Shown: positions 45,031-55,572 of the stretch, one piece after another
Numbering within the stretch: position 1 is the stretch's first letter
Layout: each line of letters begins with the position of its first letter
Assembly: GCA_963729955.1 (NCBI GenBank)
Contig: CAVSQA010000008.1
Span: 66,547-130,546, forward strand
DNA from: an uncultured Gemmatimonadales bacterium
Lineage (GTDB): Bacteria > Gemmatimonadota > Gemmatimonadetes > Gemmatimonadales > JACORV01
Length of the DNA stretch: 64,000 nt
Direction of reading: 5' to 3'
Program-made: the position numbers and the translations under genes
The notes under the pieces: generated by a model
Databases searched by the model: none
Told to the model about the DNA's origin: nothing
What the model saw: the letters and a program-made list of their open reading frames with translations, nothing else

Positions 45031-47715
45031 TCACGAGTCGACGCCCGCGAGCTGCCGCAGCACGTACTCCAGGATCCCGCCGTGGCGGTAGTACTCCACT
45101 TCCTTGGGCGTGTCGATCCGCACCGTCGCGCGGAACTCCCGCACGGAGCCCGCCGGCGTCTTCGCCCGGACCGTCACTTCCTTGGAGCCCGTCAGCGCCG
45201 CCGCCACGCCCGTCACGTCGAAGACCTCCTCGCCCGTCAGCGCGAGAGACTCGGCCGATTCCCCGGCCCTGAACTGCAGGGGCAGCACGCCCATCCCCAC
45301 CAGGTTGCTGCGGTGGATGCGCTCGTAACCCTCGGCGATCACCGCCCTCACGCCCAGCAGCCGCGGCCCCTTCGCCGCCCAGTCACGCGAGCTGCCCGAG
45401 CCGTATTCCTTCCCGGCCAGCACCAGCAGCGGCACGCCCTCCGCCAGATACCGCACCGACGCGTCGTAGATGCTGAGCTGCGCTCCGTCGGGCAGATGGC
45501 GGGTGACGCCCCCCTCGATGCCGGGCACCAGCTTGTTCCGGATCCGGACGTTGGCGAAGGTGCCTCGTACCATCACCTCGTGGTTGCCACGGCGTGACCC
45601 ATAGGAATTGAAATCCGCGGGCGCGACGCCGCGCTCGACCAGGTAGCGCCCCGCCGGAGCATCCTTGCGGATGGAGCCCGCCGGCGAGATGTGATCGGTG
45701 GTGATGCTGTCGCCCAGGAACGCCAGGACCCGCGCCGCGGCGATGTCGCCCACCGGGGCGGGCGTGCGTGGCAGGGCGTCGAAATACGGCGCGCGCCGGA
45801 TGTACGCCGACGCCTCGTCCCACGCGTACTGCTCGCCCTCGGGCACCGGCAGTGACCGCCACCGGTCGTCGCCCTCGAAGACCGCGCCGTACTCCTTGCC
45901 GAACATCTCGGCCTTGAGCGCCCGCTGCACCGTCTCCGCCACTTCGGCGGCCGAAGGCCAGAGGTCCTTGAGGAACACCGGGCGCCCCTGGGCATCCTGG
46001 CCCAGCGGCTCCGTCAGCAGGTCGATGTCCATCCGCCCCGCCAGCGCGTACGCGACCACCAGCGGCGGGCTCATCAGGTAGTTGCCGCGCACCTCGGACT
46101 GGATGCGCCCCTCGAAGTTCCGGTTGCCCGACAGGACGGACAGCACCACCAGCTGGCCTTCCTTGATGGCCGCCGACACCGGCTCGGGCAGCGGGCCGCT
46201 GTTCCCGATGCAGGTCGTGCAGCCGTAGCCCACGAGGTGGAACCGCAGCCGTTCCAGGTAGGGCATGAGCCCCGCCTGGGCGAGGTAGTCGCTCACCACC
46301 TTGGAGCCCGGCGCCAGGCTGGTCTTGACCCACGGCTGCGTGGTCAGGCCGCGCTCGACCGCCTTCTTCGCCAGCAGCCCCGCGGCCACCATCACCGACG
46401 GATTGGATGTGTTGGTGCAGCTGGTGATGGCGGCGATCACGATCGAGCCGTGCCGCAGCGGGTACTTGCCGCCGTTCAGCTTGACCTCGGCCTCGCCGGC
46501 GGCCTTGCCCTGGACGAGGGCGGGCAGCGCCGCCGCCCACGCCGCCTTGGCGCGCCGGAGCCCGATCCGGTCCTGCGGGCGCTTCGGCCCGGCGATGCTG
46601 GGTTCCACGCTGCCCAGTTCCAGAGCCAGCGTGTCGCTGAAGACCGGCTCCGGCGACTCCGCCGTGTGGAACAGGCCCTGCTCCTTGGCGTAGGCCTCGA
46701 CCAGGGCCACGCGCCACTCCGGCCGTCCGGTGAAGCGCAGGTAGCGCAGCGCCTCCGCGTCGATGGGGAAGATGCCGCAGGTGGCGCCGTACTCGGGCGC
46801 CATGTTGCCGATCGTCGCGCGATCGGCGACCGGCAGCATCGCGACGCCGGGGCCGTAGAACTCGACGAACTTCCCCACCACGCCCCGCTGCCGCAGCATC
46901 TCCGTCACGGTCAGGACCAGATCGGTCGCCGTGGCGCCTTCCGCGAGCCGGCCGGTGAGCCGGAAGCCGACCACCTGCGGAATCAGCATCGTCATCGGCT
47001 GGCCGAGCATCGCCGCTTCCGCCTCGATGCCGCCGACGCCCCAGCCCAGCACGCCGAGGCCGTTGACCATCGTGGTGTGCGAATCGGTGCCCACCAGCGT
47101 GTCGGGATACGCCTGCGGCCGGGGGTCCTCGCTGGTGAACACCACGCGCGCCAGGTGCTCGAGATTGACCTGATGGACGATGCCCGTGTCGGGCGGCACC
47201 ACGCGGAAGTTGCGGAACGCCTTCTGGCCCCAGCGCAGGAACGCGTAGCGTTCCCGGTTCCGCTCGAATTCCAGGTCGGCGTTGGTCTGAAAGGCCGCCG
47301 GCGTCCCGAACGCGTCCACCTGCACGGAGTGGTCGATCACCAGCTCGGCGGGAAGGAGCGGATTGATCTTCCTGGGATCCCCGCCCAGGCGCCGCATGGC
47401 GTCCCGCATCGCCGCCAGGTCCACGACCGCCGGCACGCCGGTGAAGTCCTGGAGCAGCACCCGGGCCGGCATGAAGGCGATCTCGTGCGACGGCGCCGCT
47501 TCGGGCACCCACCGGGCCACCGCGGCGACGTCCTCCTGCCGGACCGCCAGGCCGTCTTCGAGCCGCAGCAGGTTCTCGAGCAGGATCTTGAGGGCGAACG
47601 GAAGCCGGCTCACCGCGAAGCCCGACTTCTCGAGGGCGTCGAGCCGGTGGATGTCGTAGGCGCGGTCGCCGACCCGGAGGGTGGCGCGGCTGCCGAAGGT
47701 ATTGGCGGTCGTCAT
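45031..47715 (-). CDS. acnA: Aconitate hydratase A, intact
   Basis: Single 894-aa ORF. Fe-S ligand and substrate motifs [37 protein letters not shown]. Confidence 0.95.
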   Translation of the reverse strand: MTTANTFGSRATLRVGDRAYDIHRLDALEKSGFAVSRLPFALKILLENLLRLEDGLAVRQEDVAAVARWVPEAAPSHEIAFMPARVLLQDFTGVPAVVDLAAMRDAMRRLGGDPRKINPLLPAELVIDHSVQVDAFGTPAAFQTNADLEFERNRERYAFLRWGQKAFRNFRVVPPDTGIVHQVNLEHLARVVFTSEDPRPQAYPDTLVGTDSHTTMVNGLGVLGWGVGGIEAEAAMLGQPMTMLIPQVVGFRLTGRLAEGATATDLVLTVTEMLRQRGVVGKFVEFYGPGVAMLPVADRATIGNMAPEYGATCGIFPIDAEALRYLRFTGRPEWRVALVEAYAKEQGLFHTAESPEPVFSDTLALELGSVEPSIAGPKRPQDRIGLRRAKAAWAAALPALVQGKAAGEAEVKLNGGKYPLRHGSIVIAAITSCTNTSNPSVMVAAGLLAKKAVERGLTTQPWVKTSLAPGSKVVSDYLAQAGLMPYLERLRFHLVGYGCTTCIGNSGPLPEPVSAAIKEGQLVVLSVLSGNRNFEGRIQSEVRGNYLMSPPLVVAYALAGRMDIDLLTEPLGQDAQGRPVFLKDLWPSAAEVAETVQRALKAEMFGKEYGAVFEGDDRWRSLPVPEGEQYAWDEASAYIRRAPYFDALPRTPAPVGDIAAARVLAFLGDSITTDHISPAGSIRKDAPAGRYLVERGVAPADFNSYGSRRGNHEVMVRGTFANVRIRNKLVPGIEGGVTRHLPDGAQLSIYDASVRYLAEGVPLLVLAGKEYGSGSSRDWAAKGPRLLGVRAVIAEGYERIHRSNLVGMGVLPLQFRAGESAESLALTGEEVFDVTGVAAALTGSKEVTVRAKTPAGSVREFRATVRIDTPKEVEYYRHGGILEYVLRQLAGVDS

Positions 47716-47823
47716 GGTCGCAATATCACCGGACGCCGGAGCCTAACGCCACCCGGCCAGCGTCGTCTACCCGTAGGCCGTATCTAGGCTGTGGCCACTC
47801 CACACGTTGACCGGGTGTCATCG

Positions 47824-50800
47824 ATGCCGCGCGCTCGCCTGCTCCTCCTCGTCGTCGGCCTCCTGCTGGCGGTCGCCCCGTCCCGGGCCGTGGCGCAGGC
47901 GGGCGTGGGCACCGACATCATCACCGGCACGATCCTCGGCGAGGACGGCAGTCCGGTGCAGGACGCGAACGTCGAGGCCTACTCCCTCGAGACGCAGGTC
48001 ACGCGCCGCACCCATTCGGACGCCCGCGGCCGCTTCACCATTCTCTTTCCGGACGGCGGCGGCCAGTACCGGATGAGCGTGCGCGTCCTGGGGATGAACC
48101 CCCGCACCGCGCTGCTGACCCGCGACGCGGACGAGGACCGGCTGGTGTGGGACGTCCAGCTCCAGTCGAGCGCGATCACTCTCGACGCCGTCAACGTCAA
48201 CGGCGGGCCGCGGCTGCGCGGCGGCGAGGCCCCCACGCCGGGCTCGACCGAGCGCGTCCTCACCCCGGATCAGCTCGCGCGGCTGCCGGTCGATCCGACG
48301 GACCTCGCCTCGCTGGTCTCCCTGGTGCCGGGCATCCTGCCCCTCGCCGGCACGGATTCGACGGCGTCGGCGTTCTCGGTGGCCGGCCTGGGCCCCGACG
48401 CCAACGCGGTGACGCTCGACGGCCTGCTGTTCGGCAACACGACGGTGCCGCAGGAAGCGCTGCGACAGACGCGCGTCGTCACCAACACCTACGACGTGTC
48501 GCGCGGCCAGTTCTCCGGCGGACTGGTGGCGTCCACCACCCGGGGCGGCAGCAACGTGCTGCAGGGGTCGTGGCAGGTGTAGCTCCGGAACCAGAACGTC
48601 GCCGTCGACGCCGGCGACTCGCCCTTCACCGAGGGCTACACGCAGAACCAGCTCAGCGGCGGCCTCGGCGGCCCGATCGTCAAGGACCGAGTGTTCATCT
48701 TCGCCTCCGGCATGGCCCGGCTGCGCTCCGATCCGCAGCAGACGCTGTTCTCGGCCAGCCCGGTGGACTTCACCCGGCTCGGGGTTTCGCCCGACTCGGT
48801 GGCGCGGTTCCTCCACCTGGCGGACTCGTTGGGGGTGCCGCTCTACAGCGTGCCGGGATCGGACACGCGCGCCAGCAACAACCTGTCCGGCCTGGTGCGG
48901 TTCGACTGGGTGCTGAGCAACTCGCACACCCTCACCCTGCGCGGCAACTGGAACGGCACCAGCCAGAACCCGTCGCGCCTCGGCCCGCTCTCCCTGCCCC
49001 AGACCGGCGGCGACGTGAAGAACTCGGGGGGCGGCCTGATGGCGACGGTGACGTCGCACTTCGGCGCCACGGTCCTGAACGAGCTGCGGGGCTTCTACCA
49101 GGGCGCGACCAACCGCGGCGATCCCTTCAGCCTGGTACCGCAGGCCCGGGTCCAGGTGGCGTCCGTCCTGCCCGACACCACGCTCGGGATCACGACGCTG
49201 TCGTTCGGCGGCAACGCCGGGCTCCCCGTGAGCACGGTGTCCTCGGGCTTCGAGGCGTCCAACGAGCTGTCGTGGCTGCCAGGGGCCGGGAGCCACCGCT
49301 TCAAGGTCGGCGCCGACTGGCTCACCGAGCGCACCGACAACCTGATCGGCGGGGACCAGTACGGCACCTTCCTCTACAACTCGCTGGGCGCGCTGGCGAC
49401 CGACTCGGCGGCCAGCTACCGCCGCACGCTCGGCATCATCGAGCGGCGCTCCTACGACCAGCAGTGGGGACGTCTACGCGGGCGACGTGTGGATGGTCAC
49501 CCGGCCGTTCCAGCTGACCTACGGCCTGCGCCTGGAGGGCTCGTCGTTCGGCGACCCGCCGGCCTACAACCCCGCCGTGGACTCGATCTACGGGTTGCGC
49601 ACCGACCACCTGCCCACCGAGACGCACCTCAGTCCCCGCGCCGGGTTCACCTGGACCTTCGGCAGCGCGCCGGCCGGCGAGTTCCGCGCCTTCCAGCCCG
49701 CCACCTGGGTCGTACGCGGCGGCGTGGGCGAGTTCCGTAACCAGGCGCCGACCAACCTCGTGGCCCAGGCGCGCGCCGCCACCGGCCTCGGGCAGACCAC
49801 CGCCCAGGTATCGTGCTTTGGCCCCGGCGTGCCGACGCCCGACTGGAGCCAGTACTTCGCGAACCCGGACTCGATTCCCGGGACGTGCCTGGCCGGCGGC
49901 GGGCCGTTGCCGGCCGGCTCGGCGGCCCCGACGGTGGCCGTCCTCGCTCCCGGCTTCGAGACGCCGCGAGCCTGGCGAGGCTCCCTCAGCGTCGAACGGC
50001 GGCTGACGCAGCTGCTCCGCCTCACCGTGGAGGCCAGCTTCGCCCGCGGCGTGGCGCAGACCGGCCTCGCGGACCTCAATCTCGCCGCGACGCCGCGTTT
50101 CACCCTGGCCTCGGAGGGCAACCGTCCCGTCTACGTGCCGGCCTCGGCCATCACGCCCGGCACCGGCGTGGCGAGCTTCGCCGCGTCGCGCGTGGACTCG
50201 GCGTTCGCCAGCGTGATGGAGGCGCAGTCCAACCTGCACACCAGCTCGGCGCAGCTCACCACGACCTTGGGCGGCGTGTTCGGCCCCGGGATCGTCTTCT
50301 CGGCGTCGTACACGCTGGCAGCGGGCGCGCGACCAGCAGACCGGCATCCGCGGCTCGACCGGCGGCGACCCCAACGTGGCCGAGTGGGCACGCAGCGACT
50401 TCGAGCGCGAGCACAGCTTCGTGCTGACGGTCACCTACCCGTTCTCCACCGCGCTCGAGATCACCTCGGTCGGCCGGCTCACGTCGGGAGCCCCGTTCAC
50501 GCCGCTGGTGGGCGGCGACGTGAACGGCGACGGTCTCAGGAACGACCGGGCGTTCATCTTCGCCCCGGGCGCCGGCACCCCCGAGGCGCAGGCCATGGCG
50601 CGCCTGCTGGCCTCGGCGTCCCCGTCCATTCGCGGGTGCCTGGAGCGGCAGATCGGCAGCATCGCGGCGCGGAACTCCTGTCTGGGGCCGTGGCAGGGCG
50701 CGCTCGACTTTCAGCTCAACTGGCGGCCCGCGTTCTGGGGCCTCAACCACCGGCTGCAGGTCTCGGTGGTCACGTTCAACTTCCTGCGGGGCCTCGACGA

Positions 50801-51521
50801 GCTGCTGCACGGCGTGAACGGCGCGGAGGGGTGGGGACTCCAGACCCGTCCGGACGGCACGCTGCTGTACGTGACGGGCTTCAACCCGGCGACCAACGCC
50901 TATGCCTACCAGGTCAACGACCGCTTCGGCGCGACCTACGGCTCCGCCACCGCCTACCGCCCGCCGTTCCAGATCGGCATCCAGGCGCGCCTGACCATCG
51001 GACCCGACCGCGTGCGGCAGGCGCTGGACGCGATGCGGGCCGGCGGCGCCATGCGCGGCGGCTTCGCGGGCTTCGGCGGCGCCGGCGGCGCGTTCGGCGG
51101 ATTGGGTGGCTTCCGGCCTCAGCTGTCGATCGAGACCCTGGTGTCACGCATCGATTCGGCGCTGCCCAACCCCGCCGGCGCGGCGCTCCAGCTCCGCGAC
51201 TCGCTCAAGCTCGACTCGGGCCAGGTGGTGCTGCTCGTGCCGCTCCGCGACTCGCTCGCCGCGCGCAACGCGGTGCGGGTGGACTCGCTGCGGCACGCGT
51301 TCCAGAGGATCGGCGACACGCCCTCACCCTCGCAGCTCATCGGGCTGATGCCGCAGCTGCGCCCGCTGTTCCAGGCCGCGCGCGACGACGTGGCCAGGAA
51401 CATCATCGACGTGCGCGCCATCCTCCGCGACGATCAGTGGGCGGCGATGCCCGCGGCGGTGAAGAACTTCCAGTCGAACCTGTTCCGCGGCCTTCGCCGC
51501 GGGCCACCCAGACCGGAGTAA
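47824..51521 (+). pseudogene. Giant outer-membrane protein with a CarboxypepD_reg-like domain plus TonB-dependent-receptor-like barrel (Oar-like); frame-disrupted as sequenced
   Basis: Signal peptide MPRARLLLLVVGLLLAVAPSRAVAQ. GTILGEDGSPVQDANVEAY...DARGRFTILFPDGGGQYRMSV. Plug-like LARLPVDPTDLASLVSLVPG. It continues through ORFs 48691..49740, 49487..51577 and 50376..51521. Confidence 0.7.
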
Positions 51522-51660
51522 GCCGACCGGAACGTCCGGCGGCGGGACGCTTCCCGGACGGGACGCGGATGCGCTAGCTTCCCGCACCCCTCCGGAGGGC
51601 GACCTGACCGCGCGACCGGCCGACTACCGGCCCTGGATCGACCACACCGAGTACCTCGCC

Positions 51661-53296
51661 GTGCCGGAAGCCGGACCGGACGAGCGCATCGACGTGGGCG
51701 TGCTGTTCGTCGGGGCGGGACCCGCGGGTCTCGCCGGCGCGATCCGCCTGGCCCAGCTGCTCGAGACCGCGCCCGACGTGAAGGAGCGCCTGGGCGACGT
51801 GCCCATCGCCGTCGTCGAGAAAGGCAAGTACCCCGGGGCGCACCTGGTCTCGGGCGCCGTGGTCAACCCGATCGCCTTCCGATCCCTGTTCCCCGACCTG
51901 CCCGACGCAGGAGCGGCCGTTCCGCGGCCCGGTACCGGGCGAGGCGCTGTACCTGCTCACCGAGCGCCGCGCCCTGCGCGCGCCCGTCATGCCGCCCACG
52001 ATGCGCAATCACGGCAACCACGTCGCGTCCATCAGCGAGATCGCCCGGTGGCTGGCCGGAAAGGCCGAAGCCGCGGGGGTCACGATCCTGACCGAGACGT
52101 CGGCGGTAAAGGCGCTGGTGGCCGATGGCGCGGTGCGCGGCGTGCTGACCGGCGACAAGGGCCGAGGCCGCGACGGCACGCCGGAGGCCAATTTCGAGCC
52201 GGGCGCCGAGATCGTGGCCCGGGCCACGGTGATCGCCGAGGGCTCGAACGGCCATCTGGCCACCGCGCTGGCCCACCACTTCGGCCTCGCCGGCCCGAAC
52301 CCCCAGGTGTACGCCCTGGGCGTGAAAGAGGTGTGGGACGTGCCGCGCCCGCTGGACCGGGTGATCCACACGATGGGCTGGCCGCTCCGCTGGGGAAAGG
52401 CGGCCGCGGAGTTCGGCGGGAGCTTCATCTATCCCATGGGCGAGGGGCAGGTCTCGATCGGCCTCGTCGTCGGTCTCGACTACGCCGACGCGTCACTGTC
52501 GGTGCACGACCTGCTGCAGCAGCTCAAGCTGCATCCCCTGGTGCGGCCCATCCTGGAGGGCGGCACCCGCGCGGGCTGGGGAGCGAAGACCATCCCGGAG
52601 GGCGGGTTCTACGCGCTGCCCTCGCAGCTGAGCGTGCGCGGCGCCGTGCTCACGGGCGATGCCGCCGGCCTGGTCAACGTGCCGGCACTCAAGGGCATCC
52701 ACTACGCGATGTGGTCGGGAATCCTGGCGGCGGAGACGATCTTCGGCTGTCTCAAGGCGGGCCGCGATCCCATCGCGCTCGGCGCCCTCTCGGGCTACGA
52801 CCAGGCCGTGCGGCAGAGCTTCATCGGGCGCGACCTGTACCGCGTGCGCAACATGCGCCAGGCGTTCGGCGGCGGCCTCGTGCCGGGCGCCGCGCTGGCC
52901 GGCCTCATGACCCTGACGCGCGGCGCGTTCCCCGGCGGGCGGTTCGGCAGCGAGCCCGACGCCGCGCGGGCCGTCGCGCTCGGCCACCGCGCCTATCCCA
53001 GGTCCGACGGGCAACGCACCTTCGACAAGCTCTCGAGCGTGTATGCCAGCGGGAACCGCACCCGCGACACGCAGCCCAACCACCTGCTGGTCAAGACCGA
53101 GGTGCCGGAAGCCGTCGCCGCGGCCTGGATCAACATGTGCCCCGCGGGCGTCTACGAGTGGACCACCGACGAGCGCGGCGCGCGCACGCTGCGCATCAAC
53201 GCGCCCAACTGCGTGCAGTGCGGCGCGATCAGCGCCAAGGGGGGAAGGCTCACGCCGCCGGAAGGGGGGAGCGGGCCTGAATACACTGTGACGTGA
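51661..53296 (+). pseudogene. Electron-transfer flavoprotein:ubiquinone oxidoreductase; one frame change as sequenced
   Basis: FAD fold VGVLFVGAGPAGLAGAIRLAQL in ORF 51661..53280. The rest is in 51989..53296, including the C-terminal FeS region CPAGVYEW...NAPNCVQCGAISAKG. The frames switch near 51905-51915. Confidence 0.85.
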
Positions 53297-53376
53297 GGGG
53301 ATTAGGGGCTAGGGACTAGGGGTCAGGGGTTAGGGCCCCGCCCCACACTAACCCCTAGCCCCTAGCCCCTAACCCC
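53293..53376. repeat. Heptamer-array palindrome, telomere-like YTAGGGG / CCCCTAR family
   Basis: The left arm reads GTGAGGGG ATTAGGGG CTAGGGA CTAGGGG TCAGGGG TTAGGG, the loop is CCCCGCCCCACA, and the right arm reads CTAACCCC TAGCCCC TAGCCCC TAACCCC. Core GGGGTTAG (53326-53333) pairs with CTAACCCC (53348-53355). Confidence 0.9.
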
Positions 53377-53401
53377 TGGGTGTGGGGTGTCAGGTGTAGG
53401 G

Positions 53402-53875
53402 TTACGCCCGGGCGGCGATCAGGGTCGCCAGCTTCTCGAGGAAGGCCGTATCGTCCGGCGTGAATGCCGCCGGCACGTCGGAATCGATGTCGATCTCGCC
53501 CAGCACCGTCGTGCCCCGCACGATCGGCACCACGATCTCGCTTCTCGTCTCGAGGCTGCAGGCCAGGTAGGCCGGATCCGCGTTCACGTCGTCCACCACC
53601 ACCGTCCGCTTCTCCCGCGCCGCGCGCCCGCAGATCCCCTGGCCCACCGGGATGCGAACGTGGTCGGTCGGCCGCCCGCGGAACGCCCGCAGCCGGAGCG
53701 CGTCGCCCTCCTCCATCCAATAGATGTAGACGCCGGTATAGTGAGGCATGCCGGCCTCAAGGGCCGCCACCAGCCGATCGAGCACGGCCTCGAGCGGCGC
53801 GCGGTCCCCGGCCGCCACCAGCGCGAGGATCTCGCGCTCCGTGGCGGCCCGACCGGAAGGCGTGGCGGTGGTCAT
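53402..53875 (-). CDS. Single-domain GAF protein (free methionine-(R)-sulfoxide reductase-like)
   Basis: 157-aa ORF. VGQGICGRAAREKRTVVVDDVNADPAYLACSLETRSEIVVPI is typical of stand-alone GAF/fRMsr-type proteins. Confidence 0.7.
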   Translation of the reverse strand: MTTATPSGRAATEREILALVAAGDRAPLEAVLDRLVAALEAGMPHYTGVYIYWMEEGDALRLRAFRGRPTDHVRIPVGQGICGRAAREKRTVVVDDVNADPAYLACSLETRSEIVVPIVRGTTVLGEIDIDSDVPAAFTPDDTAFLEKLATLIAARA

Positions 53876-53921
53876 CCAGAAAAGATAGTCGCCGCGCCCT
53901 CCGGTCGCCCGGCACCCCCGT

Positions 53922-54488
53922 TCAGGCAGCCGCCGCCGGGGCGACCACCTGCTTCACCACCTCGGCCTCGATGGCGATCTCCACCATCTCGCCGACCACC
54001 ACGCCCCCGGTCTCGAGGAGCTGGTTGTAGGTCAGGCCGAAGTCCTTGCGGTCCAGCGACGCGCGAGCGCTGAAGCCGGCACGCACGCCTCCCCAGGGGT
54101 CCTTGGCGCTCCCGGCGTAGTCCACGTCGAGCACCACCGGCCGCGTCACTCCGTGCATCGTCAACTCTCCCGCGACCTTGAGCGCACCCGCGCCCCCCTG
54201 CTCGACCCGCGTGCTCTTGAAGGCGATCGTCGGGAAACGCGCCACGTCGAAGAAGTCGGGCGACTTGAGATGTCCGTCACGCTGCTCGACGCCGGTGTCG
54301 ATGCTGCCCGCGTCGATCACGACCTCCACCCGGCCGCCGCTCGGGTCCTTCTCGTCCATCGCCAGCGTGCCCTCCCACTTGGTGAACCGGCCCCGCACCT
54401 TCGAGATCACCATGTGGCGCACGGTGAAGTTCACGCTGGAGTGCACCAGGTCGAACGCCCATTCCTGATTCGCGGTTGCGGCTTGCAT
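53922..54488 (-). CDS. YceI-family periplasmic/lipid-binding-like protein
   Basis: ORF 53922..54494. The preferred start is ATG 54488 (MQAATANQEW), 7 nt after GGAGGA. YceI-like HSSVNFTVRHMVISKVRGRF...VTRPVVLDV. Confidence 0.8.
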   Translation of the reverse strand: MQAATANQEWAFDLVHSSVNFTVRHMVISKVRGRFTKWEGTLAMDEKDPSGGRVEVVIDAGSIDTGVEQRDGHLKSPDFFDVARFPTIAFKSTRVEQGGAGALKVAGELTMHGVTRPVVLDVDYAGSAKDPWGGVRAGFSARASLDRKDFGLTYNQLLETGGVVVGEMVEIAIEAEVVKQVVAPAAAA

Positions 54489-54570
54489 GGTCACATCCTC
54501 CTCGGGTTCGAACTGCAGTAGTACGTTTGGACACTAGTCGTCACAACGAATATCAGTCCAGGCAAACGGC

Positions 54571-55041
54571 TCATTCCGAGTTCGAGCGCGCCTCGTCGAG
54601 CAGGTCAGCGAGGGAGCGCAGCCGCTGCTCGCCCAGGTGCCCCAGCAGCCGCCGCTGCTCCGCCCCGAGCGGACCCTCCAGCTCCTCGAGCAACGCCAGG
54701 CCCGCCTGCGTGATCCGGGTCGTCACGACGCGGCGGTCCTCCCCGTCCCGCGCCCGGCTCACCAGGTGCCTCGCCTCGAGCCGATCCAGCAGCCGCGTCA
54801 GGTCGGGGTCCCTGGTCACCATGCGCTCGGCGATGTCACGGCACGACAGGCCCGGGCCGCCGGCGCCCCGGAGGATCCGGAGCACGTTGTACTGGGTCGG
54901 CGAGAGGCCCGCCGCCTTGAAGACGCCCACGAGCCCGCGCTGCAGCGCATCCGCGGTGCGCGCGAGGCCGACCAGCACCTCCTCTTCGAGGGTGGGAAAC
55001 GGCCGCGTCTGCTTGATCTCGTCCTGAAGGCGCTTCACCAT
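54571..55041 (-). CDS. MarR-family transcriptional regulator
   Basis: ORF 54571..55065. Winged-helix LSPTQYNVLRILRGAGGPGLSCRDIAERMVTRDPDLTRLLDRLE. The preferred start is ATG 55041, because the longer start would lie inside its own predicted promoter. Confidence 0.85.
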   Translation of the reverse strand: MVKRLQDEIKQTRPFPTLEEEVLVGLARTADALQRGLVGVFKAAGLSPTQYNVLRILRGAGGPGLSCRDIAERMVTRDPDLTRLLDRLEARHLVSRARDGEDRRVVTTRITQAGLALLEELEGPLGAEQRRLLGHLGEQRLRSLADLLDEARSNSE

Positions 55042-55049
55042 GGCGCGAC

Positions 55050-55078
55050 AGTATATCTGTTGCAACGACTATTGTCAA
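55050..55078 (-). promoter_or_regulatory. Near-consensus sigma-70 promoter for marR-yceI (predicted leaderless mRNA) with an overlapping inverted repeat
   Basis: The minus strand reads TTGACA (55078-55073), a 17-nt spacer, then TATACT (55055-55050), then 8 nt to ATG 55041. The inverted repeat ACAG-N5-CTGT (55049-55061) overlaps the -10 and is a candidate MarR operator. Confidence 0.5.
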
Positions 55079-55121
55079 GAGCGACAGCTGCCAGGCGGCA
55101 GACCTGACCGCCGTCCCCCCC

Positions 55122-55150
55122 TTGCCATATGAACATTGCCATATTACTAT
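55122..55150 (+). promoter_or_regulatory. Sigma-70-like promoter for arsR-DUF302-trxA-osmC (predicted leaderless mRNA)
   Basis: TTGCCA (55122-55127), a 17-nt spacer, then TACTAT (55145-55150), then 6 nt to ATG 55157. A direct repeat TTGCCATAT occurs at 55122 and 55136. This is the most AT-rich patch of the window. Confidence 0.45.
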
Positions 55151-55156
55151 GTTCTC

Positions 55157-55495
55157 ATGATGACTACCCTGCGTCAGGCACCGCTCGACCCGCGTGTCCT
55201 GGCCGAAGCCGCGGAGATGGTGCGCGTCCTCGGCCACCCGGTGAGGCTCCGGATCGTCGAGCTGCTCGAGCCTGGCGAGCAGACGGTGACCCAGCTGCAG
55301 GAGAGTCTGGACGCGCCGCAGGCGCTGGTTTCGCAGCAACTGGCGCGGATGCGGGCGGCGGGCATCGTCGAGGGGCGGCGCAGCGGCTCCAACGTCTGGT
55401 ACGCCATCGCCGACGAGCGGGTCGTCCGGATGCTCGACTGTCTGCGCCACTGCGACACCGAGGCTGGGCGCGGCCCCCGCCGACAGGGGGAATGA
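55157..55495 (+). CDS. ArsR/SmtB-family transcriptional regulator
   Basis: ORF 55136..55495. HTH LGHPVRLRIVELLEPGEQTVTQLQESLDAPQALVSQQLARMRAAGIV. The preferred start is ATGATG at 55157. Confidence 0.85.
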   Translation: MMTTLRQAPLDPRVLAEAAEMVRVLGHPVRLRIVELLEPGEQTVTQLQESLDAPQALVSQQLARMRAAGIVEGRRSGSNVWYAIADERVVRMLDCLRHCDTEAGRGPRRQGE

Positions 55496-55572
55496 TGACC
55501 GCACCGGAGAGGCGAGTGGAGGACTGATGACGGCACCGGACAAGCAGAGCGGGGGATTGATGACGGCACCGG
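55486..55572 (+). repeat. Three direct copies of a 22-nt RBS-plus-start motif GGRGGAnTGATGACsGCACCGG (period 32-33 nt)
   Basis: Copies at 55486-55507, 55518-55539 and 55551-55572. Each TGATG joins a stop to a start. The arsR stop meets a 10-codon mini-ORF (MTAPERRVED). The mini-ORF stop meets the DUF302 ORF, whose product begins [20 protein letters not shown]. Confidence 0.85.

Noticed and set aside
53293-53376. TTAGGG-type repeats as a true telomere or linear-replicon end
   Set aside because: The repeats are internal, flanked by ordinary genes on both sides. They are short (about six units) and immediately mirrored by the complementary array.
54495-54570. Cluster of 6-8-bp palindromes (GTTCGAAC, CTGCAG, ACTAGT) between marR and yceI as a regulatory or engineered site
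   Set aside because: These are short palindromes in a small AT-richer spacer. I could not define convincing -35/-10 elements or a longer dyad. They are probably part of the marR-yceI intercistronic region.
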